A stretch of DNA of 32,000 nucleotides, taken from contig JAWAHN010000002.1 in the NCBI GenBank assembly GCA_038889235.1, forward strand, positions 284,356-316,355, in the 5' to 3' direction. Source of the DNA: Candidatus Jordarchaeales archaeon. GTDB lineage: Archaea; Asgardarchaeota; Jordiarchaeia; Jordiarchaeales; Freyrarchaeaceae. Of the stretch, positions 1 through 7,665 are shown in pieces. Numbering within the stretch: position 1 is the first letter of the stretch; every line of letters starts with the position of its first letter. The position numbers and the translations under genes are program-made. The notes under the pieces were generated by a model. That model saw only the letters and a program-made list of their open reading frames with translations. It was not told where the DNA came from and made no database searches.

Positions 1-353
1 GCTTCCTCAGCTTTCCCGGCGATGGAAGCGCACTCTTTGGGGCTCTCCCCGAAAACGCTGACCACGACAGGAACCCCGCCTTTCTTGGCAAATTTTATCT
101 CCTCGACGAACTCGTCTATCCCCGGGTTAGGCAAGCCCATGCAGTTCAAGTAACTTCCCGGCATCACTTCAACTATAGTCGGGTTAGGGTATCCCTCTCT
201 CTTCTTAGATCCAACAGACTTTGTTACGACGGCCCCAGCTCCAGCTTCCGCCGCCCTCACCAAAAGCTTCCCAGTAGTTCCAATGACTCCAGAAGCGAGC
301 ATAACCGGGTTCCTCATCTTCAACCCGCTCAGCTCCACTTCAAGTTTCACCAT
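1..353 (-). CDS. pyrD: Dihydroorotate dehydrogenase family 1, catalytic subunit (5' part; runs off the window)
   Basis: Not in the ORF track. Manual translation from the ATG at 353 gives MVKLEVELSGLKMRNPVMLASGVIG...GAGAVVTKSVGSKKREGYPNPTIVEV...NCMGLPNPG, the DHOD class 1 N-terminal motifs. GAGGAG SD lies upstream. Confidence 0.93.
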   Translation of the reverse strand, partial: MVKLEVELSGLKMRNPVMLASGVIGTTGKLLVRAAEAGAGAVVTKSVGSKKREGYPNPTIVEVMPGSYLNCMGLPNPGIDEFVEEIKFAKKGGVPVVVSVFGESPKECASIAGKAEE

Positions 354-404
354 GCTTACTCCTCATCCAGATTATGTTCGCCGTGTAGAGCAAAGGTTCA
401 ACTG

Positions 405-420
405 GAAGTTTATAAACTTC
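405..420. promoter_or_regulatory. Perfect 16-bp palindrome centred on TATA box TTTATAAA between divergent pyrD and nop5
   Basis: GAAGTTTATAAACTTC is its own reverse complement, with TTTATAAA at 409-416. Confidence 0.6.
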
Positions 421-505
421 GTATTTTGAAAGTATTTTCACGGCGGGGTGCTCGAAGAACAATTCGCTTAAGGCTGAGGGAACCATTTAAAAGTCTCGAA
501 CTTGG

Positions 506-536
506 ATTTAAGGTTAGAGGGGTTTTAACCTTGAAT
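506..536 (+). promoter_or_regulatory. Hairpin enclosing the SD and pairing the TTG start of nop5
   Basis: ATTTAAGGTTA (506-516) pairs with TAACCTTGAAT (526-536): 11 bp with one G-U. The loop GAGGGGTTT contains the SD. Confidence 0.45.
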
Positions 537-1730
537 GTTTACCTTGTTAGTTGCATTTCGGGCGTTTTTGCGCTGGACGAGTCCGGGAATATATTGAGCT
601 TTTCGCTCACACCAGCTAGAGACGAAGAAGTAGCAGAGCGTCTATATGCACTGCAGAAAGGCGAGCTGACTCCCGAACTGAAAGAAGTAGTTGAATCACT
701 GGGTCAAGGGAACACGTATATAGTGGAGGACAGGCAAATCGGTGAAGCTCTAAAAAACAGCTTCAATGTCGAAGTGAAGGTTGAAAAGGGGAATGGCGTA
801 GCACGCCTTTTCAGGTCCCGCATTCGCGAGTACCTCGAAAAGGTTGGATTTACTCCGTCGGAAGAAGAGATTAAAGAGTTGACGAAACGCGCATCGTTAA
901 TATTGGCTCGTAGGAAAGTCAAGGAAGTCGGTAGCCGGAGGGATGAGCACCTAATACAGGCAGTGTACTGCCTTGACGATATAGAGGAAGTCTTAAATCT
1001 ATTCTCTATAAGAATCAGAGAATGGTACAGTCTAAACTTTCCAGAGCTTACCCGATTACTACAGTCTCACTTGTCATATGTACGAATAGTGGGCGAGCTT
1101 GGACCTAAAGAGGAAATAACGAGGGAGGATCTCTCAGAAAAACTAAACTTCCCGCCGGAAATCGTGGAAAACGTGATGGATGAAGTTTCTAGGTCTATGG
1201 GGGCTCCTATCTTAGAGGACGACTTCAAACCCTTAAGAGAGCTTGCCTCGATAACCCTAAACTTATTCGAGTTCAGGGACCTACTGAGAAACTACATTGC
1301 GAGCCTGATGCAGGAGATTGCACCCAACCTCACGGCTATCGTGGGACCCCTAGTAGGTGCCCGCTTAATATACCTCGCAGGTGGACTCGAAAAGCTAGCC
1401 CGCCTACCAGCGTCCAAGATACAAGTGCTAGGTGCGGAAAAAGCACTCTTCCGCAGCTTAACTATAGGTACACCGCCGCCTAAACACGGCGTCTTGTTCA
1501 GACATCCTGAAGTGAGCGGTTCTCCATGGTGGCAGAGGGGGAAGGTAGCGCGGGTTTTGGCGAACAAGGTTGCCATCGCTGCCCGTGCCGACGTATACAC
1601 CGGAAACTACATAGGCGATGAGTTACAAAAAGATTTAGAGAGAAAAATTGAAGAGATAAGGAGGAAGTTTGCTGCCCCTCCAGTCGAGAAACCTAAAACT
1701 CGCCCTAAGCCCGTGAAGAAGAGGAGGTAG
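531..1730 (+). CDS. nop5: Box C/D sRNP protein Nop5 (Nop56/58)
   Basis: Nop domain motifs APNLTAIVGPLVGARLI, IQVLGAEKALF and PPKHGVLF, plus a basic C-terminal tail. The start is likely TTG at 531 after GAGGGG (ORF track starts at 426). Directly upstream of fibrillarin. Confidence 0.95.
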   Translation: MNVYLVSCISGVFALDESGNILSFSLTPARDEEVAERLYALQKGELTPELKEVVESLGQGNTYIVEDRQIGEALKNSFNVEVKVEKGNGVARLFRSRIREYLEKVGFTPSEEEIKELTKRASLILARRKVKEVGSRRDEHLIQAVYCLDDIEEVLNLFSIRIREWYSLNFPELTRLLQSHLSYVRIVGELGPKEEITREDLSEKLNFPPEIVENVMDEVSRSMGAPILEDDFKPLRELASITLNLFEFRDLLRNYIASLMQEIAPNLTAIVGPLVGARLIYLAGGLEKLARLPASKIQVLGAEKALFRSLTIGTPPPKHGVLFRHPEVSGSPWWQRGKVARVLANKVAIAARADVYTGNYIGDELQKDLERKIEEIRRKFAAPPVEKPKTRPKPVKKRR

Positions 1731-1731
1731 A

Positions 1732-2430
1732 ATGTCTGAAAGGAAGCCACCTGTGGTAAAACCACACGACTATGAAGGAGTGTATTTAGTTATTTCTAAG
1801 GGTAAGAAGCGGCTTGCCACCAAGAACATATCCCCAGGGTTTAAGGTTTACGGAGAAGACTTGATCGAGTACAAGGGGGAAGAATACCGCATTTGGGATC
1901 CAAACAGGAGTAAGCTTGCAGCCGCCATACTGAAAGACCTCGAAATGCTACCAATAAGGCCGGGTGGCAGAGTCCTGTATCTTGGGGCTGCGACGGGAAC
2001 TACGCCAAGCCACGTTGCCGACATAGTTGGGAGGAAGGGTGTAATTTTCTGCGTTGAATTTGCACCTCGAGCGATGAGAGAACTCGTAATTGTGTGTGAA
2101 AAGAAGGGTAACATGGTTCCTGTGATGGCTGACGCTCGTTACCCTGAAAAATACTCCATGATTGTTGGCGAGGTTGAAACGATATACTGTGACGTGGCGC
2201 AACCTGAACAAGCGAAGCTCCTAGCAGACAACGCCGATATGTTTCTTAAAAGGGGGGGATGGATACTCCTAGCCATAAAAGCTAGGAGCATAGACGTAAC
2301 CAAGAAGCCGTCGGAAGTCTACAAGAAGGAAATAGCGGTTTTAGAGGATAGAGGGTTCACGGTCAGACAAACGATCAGTTTAGAACCCTTCGACCGTGCT
2401 CACTCCATGGTTTTGGCAAAATACTCGTAA
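1732..2430 (+). CDS. flpA: Fibrillarin-like rRNA/tRNA 2'-O-methyltransferase
   Basis: Motifs YRIWDPNRSKLAAAI, VLYLGAATGTTPSHVADIV, CVEFAPR and DVAQPEQA. Begins 1 nt after the nop5 stop. Confidence 0.97.
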   Translation: MSERKPPVVKPHDYEGVYLVISKGKKRLATKNISPGFKVYGEDLIEYKGEEYRIWDPNRSKLAAAILKDLEMLPIRPGGRVLYLGAATGTTPSHVADIVGRKGVIFCVEFAPRAMRELVIVCEKKGNMVPVMADARYPEKYSMIVGEVETIYCDVAQPEQAKLLADNADMFLKRGGWILLAIKARSIDVTKKPSEVYKKEIAVLEDRGFTVRQTISLEPFDRAHSMVLAKYS

Positions 2431-2449
2431 GCCGGGGAGAGTGTCTAGC

Positions 2450-2896
2450 TTGTCGTTTGAACGTTTCATCAGAGCCCTCTGGAAGTCCGAGATACAAAAA
2501 CTCAACGATCACTTACCCAAGGAGTACAAAACGCTCGCCCAGCTACTTAAGGAAGACAATCCCTCCGTCTCAACCGTCTGCGGGGATAAAATATTCCTGA
2601 AAAAGGCGGATCTAGAATACGTGGCTCGCATAGTCCCAGAAAAGTACCACGACAAAATACACCTCCCGCTTACCTTCATCAGAAGGATCGACATGGGAGA
2701 AGGCGTCTACAGTATAGGTGGAGGATTACTCGAAAGGCTCTTAGTATCCTCTCTCTTAAAGGACAAACCCGTTTTCACGGAAAACGAAGATGAAGCGCCA
2801 GAATACGTTTACAGGCTCCAACTTTGGTACCTAAAGAGGAAAATCAGGAGCCTAGTTGTCATAGGCTTCTTTCTACCTAAAGTGGAAGGAATTTAA
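2450..2896 (+). CDS. DUF61 (UPF0216)-like archaeal protein
   Basis: EIQKLNDHLPKEYKTLAQLLKEDNPSV resembles the DUF61 N-terminus. The start is probably TTG at 2450 (ORF track 2396 overlaps flpA). Confidence 0.7.
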   Translation: MSFERFIRALWKSEIQKLNDHLPKEYKTLAQLLKEDNPSVSTVCGDKIFLKKADLEYVARIVPEKYHDKIHLPLTFIRRIDMGEGVYSIGGGLLERLLVSSLLKDKPVFTENEDEAPEYVYRLQLWYLKRKIRSLVVIGFFLPKVEGI

Positions 2897-2901
2897 GGTT
2901 T

Positions 2902-3741
2902 TCATTTTCCAAACCTTCTCTCCCTCATTTGGTAGTCCCTAATCGCTCGCAGCAAGTCAATTTTCCTCACCTCAGGCCAATAAGCGCTGCAAAAGTAGAG
3001 CTCGGAATAAGCCGACTGCCATAGTAGGAAACCAGATAGTCTCTCCTCTCCCGAAGTCCTTATAATGAGGTCCGGGTCGGGTACCCCTGCAGTGTACAAG
3101 TGCTCCTCAATAATTTTTTCGTTTATGTCTTCCACGCGTAGCTCACCGTTGGCAACCTTCTGGGCTATTTTCCTAACAGCGTCAACTATCTCTGCTCGTC
3201 CTCCATAACCTATGGCGACGTTAAGGAGGTATTTATTGTAATCCTTCGTGGCTTCCTCAGCCCTTCTAATCGCTTCTCTAACCCTCTCGGGAAGCAGCTC
3301 AATCCTACCTATGGCTTTAACCCGAACTTTATACTTGTGAATCTCCTCGCTTTCAGCTATCTCATGGAACTTTTCCTCGGCGAGCTTCATTATTTTTTCA
3401 ACTTCCTCTCTTGGACGGTTAAAGTTCTCAGTTGAGAAGGCGTATAATGTAACAATCTTTATCCCAAGCTCCCAACACCACTCCAAAAATTCCCTAACCT
3501 TTTCCGCTCCGTAAAAGTGCCCAACCCAGCTTTCTAGCCCGAGGGAACGAGCATATCTCCTGTTGCCGTCAAGTATTACAGCTAAGTGTGTCGGCCTCTC
3601 CCCACTCATAACCTGCTTCATTAACGCTTTTTCATAGACATAATACACCGCTTCAAGCATCTTAGCGATTATCGGGATCCTCACTAAAGGCACGTTACGC
3701 CAATAGTGAACGAGAAATCTCGGAGTCTTAGATTTGACCAC
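2902..3741 (-). CDS. uppS: cis-prenyltransferase (polyprenyl diphosphate synthase, UppS family)
   Basis: Motifs HLAVILDGNRR, TLYAFSTENFNRP, YGGRAEI, PDPDLIIRTSGEERLSGFLLWQSAYSE and RRFG. Confidence 0.96.
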   Translation of the reverse strand: MVKSKTPRFLVHYWRNVPLVRIPIIAKMLEAVYYVYEKALMKQVMSGERPTHLAVILDGNRRYARSLGLESWVGHFYGAEKVREFLEWCWELGIKIVTLYAFSTENFNRPREEVEKIMKLAEEKFHEIAESEEIHKYKVRVKAIGRIELLPERVREAIRRAEEATKDYNKYLLNVAIGYGGRAEIVDAVRKIAQKVANGELRVEDINEKIIEEHLYTAGVPDPDLIIRTSGEERLSGFLLWQSAYSELYFCSAYWPEVRKIDLLRAIRDYQMRERRFGK

Positions 3742-3883
3742 TTAAAAACCCCCAGAATCGTTAAGCATTTTAAGATAAGATAAATTATCCCCTAGTTAAA
3801 AACGTTCTCATATATACGTTTATACCATTGTCTCATGTAAGCATGCAAAACTTATCTTTAAATCCAACTTTTTAGAAGCTTAA

Positions 3884-4540
3884 TTGGTGGTCTCCTTGAA
3901 CAACTTTGATTCATGGAATTTGGAGAAGGCTCGCTTGGCTGAACAAGCATGTCTACTTCTCTTCCAAATATCCGCTGTGAGGTTCGGCTCATTCAAACTG
4001 ACGTCCGGTAAAACCTCCCCGTTCTACATAGACCTAAGGGTGGTCCCGTCATACCCTAATGTGTTCGAAAAAATAACTGACATGTACGTAGAACTAATTA
4101 GAAACGAGATTGATGCATTCAACAGGATTGCCGGTGTGCCAACAGCAGGACTCCCCATAGCGACACTAGTGAGCTACAAGCTCAAAGCCCCACTGTTATA
4201 CGTTAGAAAGGAGGCGAAGGGACATGGTACCCAACGCATGGTGGAAGGAATACTCAACGAGGGGGAGCGCGTCCTACTAGTTGACGACATCGCAACCACG
4301 GGGTTAAGCCTTCTAAATGCAGCCCAAGCAATAAGGTCCCAGGGGGGAAAAGTAGAACACGCCGTAGTTCTCGTGGATAGGGAACAGGGAGGTGTCAGCA
4401 TACTCTCAAGCAACGGAATCCAGTTACACTCCATAGTTAGGGCGTCTCAGCTCTTTGAGGTACTCCACGGAAAGGGTCTGATAACATTTAAAGATTATCA
4501 GCGAGCCATAAAATATTTAAAAAGCGAGCAACAGTATTGA
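3884..4540 (+). CDS. pyrE: Orotate phosphoribosyltransferase
   Basis: Motifs FKLTSGKTSPFYIDLR, RKEAKGHG and the PRPP-binding VLLVDDIATTGLS. The start may be TTG at 3896 after GGTGG. Confidence 0.95.
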   Translation: MVVSLNNFDSWNLEKARLAEQACLLLFQISAVRFGSFKLTSGKTSPFYIDLRVVPSYPNVFEKITDMYVELIRNEIDAFNRIAGVPTAGLPIATLVSYKLKAPLLYVRKEAKGHGTQRMVEGILNEGERVLLVDDIATTGLSLLNAAQAIRSQGGKVEHAVVLVDREQGGVSILSSNGIQLHSIVRASQLFEVLHGKGLITFKDYQRAIKYLKSEQQY

Positions 4541-4600
4541 TCCCAAATCATAAATCAAACAATTAATCTTGTACCTAATTATAAATTACCGTCAAAAGTT

Positions 4601-4618
4601 TGAGAGAATCTTTATATT
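4601..4618 (+). promoter_or_regulatory. BRE/TATA promoter of the longin-GTPase operon
   Basis: Purine-rich GAGAGAA followed by TTTATATT (4611-4618), about 29 nt before ATG 4647. Confidence 0.55.
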
Positions 4619-4646
4619 ACCCGTTCTTCAAAGATTAGAATTAGTG

Positions 4647-5759
4647 ATGCCTGAAAGAAACTCGGAGAGTGTAAAGTTGCCCCTCGGAATGATCGTAGTT
4701 CGATGGGATAACCGGCTCGGAGCAGTACTAGAAGCCAAATACCCCCCTCAGCTCAGAGTGACAGAAGACCAGATAATGAAAATTTACACTGCTCATGCGA
4801 TGTCCATCGGTGAAGCTCCTGCAGGCTTCCTCTCACTCAGAGTAGGTGATTTAAACGTCGCATCTTATTATGGTGGATGGGACATAAACTACTACGTTGC
4901 CCTCATTTTAACACCTGAAGAAGATGCTGACAGTTATGAGGACGGATTGACTGAAATCGCATCTTATATCTTCTCGAAACTTGAGGACGAGGCGTATAAA
5001 GAAGAGCTCGAAGAGCTCTTCAACAAGCTAGTGCGCTTCCCCTCATTAACAGAAGAACAAAAAATGGCTGTGGCTCTCTCCGATCCTATTAGAAGGGCTC
5101 TCTTCGAAAAAATGACTGAAGAAGGCAGCTCCACGCTCTCAGACCTTGAAACATGGTTAAAGTACAAGTTCGAACTTAAATCGGTAGAACTCTTCTCCCT
5201 TCTCACCCCTCTGGTCAAAAATGGTCTCATATCCTTACGGTGGGTTGAAGGACTTCCAAGTCAGTGTGCCTTCTTGGTTAGAGACGTTTTCGTCGCTAGA
5301 GTTCCAGCTCGTGCAATAGTTAAGAAGGCCCAGTCTAATGAGTGGGGCGCCGAAGCCTCATCGGAATACTTGGACGAGGTCAAAGACTTCTTTAGAAACT
5401 ATGCTCTTACACCGCAGGACGCAGAAAATGTAATAAAAGTTCTTGCAGACCCAGACGTCTACGACGTCCTTGTATTACTCAGAGAGGACGTCTGCACGTT
5501 TGACAAAATAGTGGAACGTCTCGGAAAGAAGAAGACAGAAGTTGCCAGAGCGGTGAAACAACTGAAAGACTTGAACTTTATAACCGAGATAAAAATAGGT
5601 GGCGAAAAACACCTAGCGTTAAAATCAGACGCTAGAATAATAACGTTCTTCCCAGAATACATGGTCGACCAAATAGCTCTCCAATACAAGGATCAAATAA
5701 AACCACCCAGAATGCTGTTGTGGCATCTTAAAGCATTACGAGACAGCTACTTTATGTAA
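4647..5759 (+). CDS. Hypothetical protein: N-terminal uDENN/longin-like domain plus C-terminal winged-helix-like domains
   Basis: The N-terminal GMIVVRWDNRLGAVLEAKYP has the uDENN-type beta-hairpin pattern. Two ArsR-like wHTH-type segments follow (DPIRRALFEKMTEEGSSTLSDL; DPDVYDVLVLLREDVCTFDKIVERLGKKKTEVARAVKQLKDLNFI). The start is placed at ATG 4647 from TATA spacing. Fold calls are by eye. Confidence 0.65.
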   Translation: MPERNSESVKLPLGMIVVRWDNRLGAVLEAKYPPQLRVTEDQIMKIYTAHAMSIGEAPAGFLSLRVGDLNVASYYGGWDINYYVALILTPEEDADSYEDGLTEIASYIFSKLEDEAYKEELEELFNKLVRFPSLTEEQKMAVALSDPIRRALFEKMTEEGSSTLSDLETWLKYKFELKSVELFSLLTPLVKNGLISLRWVEGLPSQCAFLVRDVFVARVPARAIVKKAQSNEWGAEASSEYLDEVKDFFRNYALTPQDAENVIKVLADPDVYDVLVLLREDVCTFDKIVERLGKKKTEVARAVKQLKDLNFITEIKIGGEKHLALKSDARIITFFPEYMVDQIALQYKDQIKPPRMLLWHLKALRDSYFM

Positions 5760-5788
5760 TAAAAAAACATTATTTTAGGAGATCTTCA

Positions 5789-6643
5789 ATGATAAGGAAT
5801 ATTGAAATCTTTGATGCAAACGGGCGGTTAATGTTCAAAAAGAAGTACGGAACAAGTAACATAGCCGACGATATATTCGACGACTTCATGGCGCACTTTG
5901 CAAAGATGATTTCCAAGGTGAACTTAGACGGTGGAGTTGAATTCATGAACTTGAAGAGGACGCGTCTTTACTACAGCAACTTTGACAAGACAGTTTTCAT
6001 TTTTGAAGCAGATAAAAACGACGACATTAACGAGATGAAGACGAAGATGAAAAACATAATGCAAAACTTCATAGCAGACTATGGAGAGGCTATTCAAAAC
6101 TGGGATGGTGACCCATCGGTTTTCTCGTCGTTTAACGAAAAAGTGGATGAGCTAACAACGACTCTTCTAAAACTTTCACTAATAGGTTTCAGCGGCGTGG
6201 GCAAAACGACAATACTTAAACTCATCAGAGAAGAAGAGCTTCCAAAGGAGCACATACCAACCATAGGCGTTGGCATAAAAGGCGTCAAAGGAGCCATGAT
6301 AGGTAATACGCAGCTCGTCTGCTGGGATCTTGCAGGACAAGAGAGGTTCAAGATGACATGGGACAAATTTATCAAAGCGTCATCACTAATAGTAATAGTA
6401 ACAGACTCAACACTGGAGAACGTTGTGAAGTCGCGCTTTTTCGTGAGATTAGTAAAGGAAGAAGAACCCGAAGCGAACATGGTTGCGCTAGCCAATAAAC
6501 AAGACCTTCCAAACGCACTCCCCCCTGAAAAAGTGGAAGAAATATTAGGAGTGAAAACATACGGATTTGTAGCTATAGATCCTATGAACAAATCAAAGTT
6601 TTTTGAAATAGTTCGAAACGTTGTTATGGGCGTAGTAAGTTAA
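5789..6643 (+). CDS. Longin-domain/small GTPase (Arf/Rab-like) fusion
   Basis: G1 GFSGVGKT, G2 PTIG, G3 WDLAGQERF, G4 NKQD, G5-like VAID. The N-terminal ~125 aa (MIRNIEIFDANGRLMFKKKY...NWDGDPSVFSSFNEKVDEL) have an adaptin sigma/mu-type longin pattern. AGGAG SD. Confidence 0.85.
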   Translation: MIRNIEIFDANGRLMFKKKYGTSNIADDIFDDFMAHFAKMISKVNLDGGVEFMNLKRTRLYYSNFDKTVFIFEADKNDDINEMKTKMKNIMQNFIADYGEAIQNWDGDPSVFSSFNEKVDELTTTLLKLSLIGFSGVGKTTILKLIREEELPKEHIPTIGVGIKGVKGAMIGNTQLVCWDLAGQERFKMTWDKFIKASSLIVIVTDSTLENVVKSRFFVRLVKEEEPEANMVALANKQDLPNALPPEKVEEILGVKTYGFVAIDPMNKSKFFEIVRNVVMGVVS

Positions 6644-6656
6644 AGGAGGAAGAAAA

Positions 6657-6977
6657 ATGGGGTTAGTGGAAAAAGTAAAAGTCCTTTTTAAGAGGCTGAT
6701 TGGCGCGCCACCGACAATACCTAAACCCCCAATAACTCCAAAAGAAGCTGAAGAAATATCCAACCTCAAGAAGGTGCTTGAAGAGCTCAAAGCAAAAAAG
6801 GAAGAAATCAATTTACAGCTTAAAAAACTAGACGCTGACTTTTTCCTAGGAAAAATTGACGCTAAAAAAAGAGACCAAACATACATAAGGCTGATGCAAG
6901 AAACAATGAAAATAAACAGAGAAATCGCTACTATACGCCAACGCATAATAAGTCTAGGAGGAGCGATAGAAATATAG
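6657..6977 (+). CDS. Small hypothetical protein: amphipathic N-helix, Pro-rich linker, coiled-coil hairpin
   Basis: Strong AGGAGG SD, 13 nt after the GTPase stop. Sequence MGLVEKVKVLFKRLIG-APPTIPKPPITP, then two heptad-patterned helices joined by DFFLGKID. Confidence 0.75.
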   Translation: MGLVEKVKVLFKRLIGAPPTIPKPPITPKEAEEISNLKKVLEELKAKKEEINLQLKKLDADFFLGKIDAKKRDQTYIRLMQETMKINREIATIRQRIISLGGAIEI

Positions 6978-7012
6978 ATACTCCACCCGAGAGCATCTAT
7001 ATTTCTATTACC

Positions 7013-7567
7013 TCACCCTCTTATAATTCCTTTTTCGGCAAGGATCTCCATTATTTTGTCCACAGCGATGAAAATGTCCTCCTCGCGCTTTGCTCCTGTT
7101 ATGACAGCTTTTCCTGAGCCAAAAAGCAGTATGACTACTTTGGGGTCCTTCACCCTCCAGATTAGTCCTGGAAACTGCTCTGGCTCATAAAGTGTGTTCT
7201 CGAGGAGGAATGCTGCCTCCTCCAGGTTCAGCTCGACGCCCAAGTTTGCTGAAGCCACTATGTTTTGTACTTGGATTATCGGTTCATTTTTGATGTCTAT
7301 TCCTATCTCTTTCAGGTGCTCGATGATTTTTTTGACAGCTTTTACAGCGTCCTTCTCAGACTTGCTTCCTGTGCAAACCATTTTCCCCGAATTGAATATC
7401 AATGTCGCTGTTTTCGGCTGTTCAAGCCTAAGGACTAGCCCGGGGAACTGATCCGGGTCAAACTCTGTGTTAGGTAGTTTTTCAGCTATCAAGTTCAAGT
7501 CAAGTCTTTGGTTTAGCGTTACCGATGCTACAACATTTTCTATGTGAATCGATTTTGCCTTCGGCAT
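7013..7567 (-). CDS. tbp: TATA-box binding protein
   Basis: Two TBP repeats: IENVVAS...[12 protein letters not shown]...[12 protein letters not shown] and VQNIVAS...[12 protein letters not shown]...[12 protein letters not shown]. Confidence 0.98.
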   Translation of the reverse strand: MPKAKSIHIENVVASVTLNQRLDLNLIAEKLPNTEFDPDQFPGLVLRLEQPKTATLIFNSGKMVCTGSKSEKDAVKAVKKIIEHLKEIGIDIKNEPIIQVQNIVASANLGVELNLEEAAFLLENTLYEPEQFPGLIWRVKDPKVVILLFGSGKAVITGAKREEDIFIAVDKIMEILAEKGIIRG

Positions 7568-7665
7568 CCTCCCCGCCTCTCTTTATACAAAGTTGTCTGC
7601 TAGTTGTCAATATATAAAGGTTTAGTCCCTTTTATTTTAATGCCCAATTTCGCTTATCATCAGGC

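Noticed and set aside
426-530. N-terminal extension of Nop5 given by the ORF track
   Set aside because: It lacks Nop5 similarity and overlaps promoter/leader elements; TTG 531 has an SD and gives a typical length. The extended starts at 2396, 4569, 13157, 21632 and 21756 were trimmed for the same reasons.
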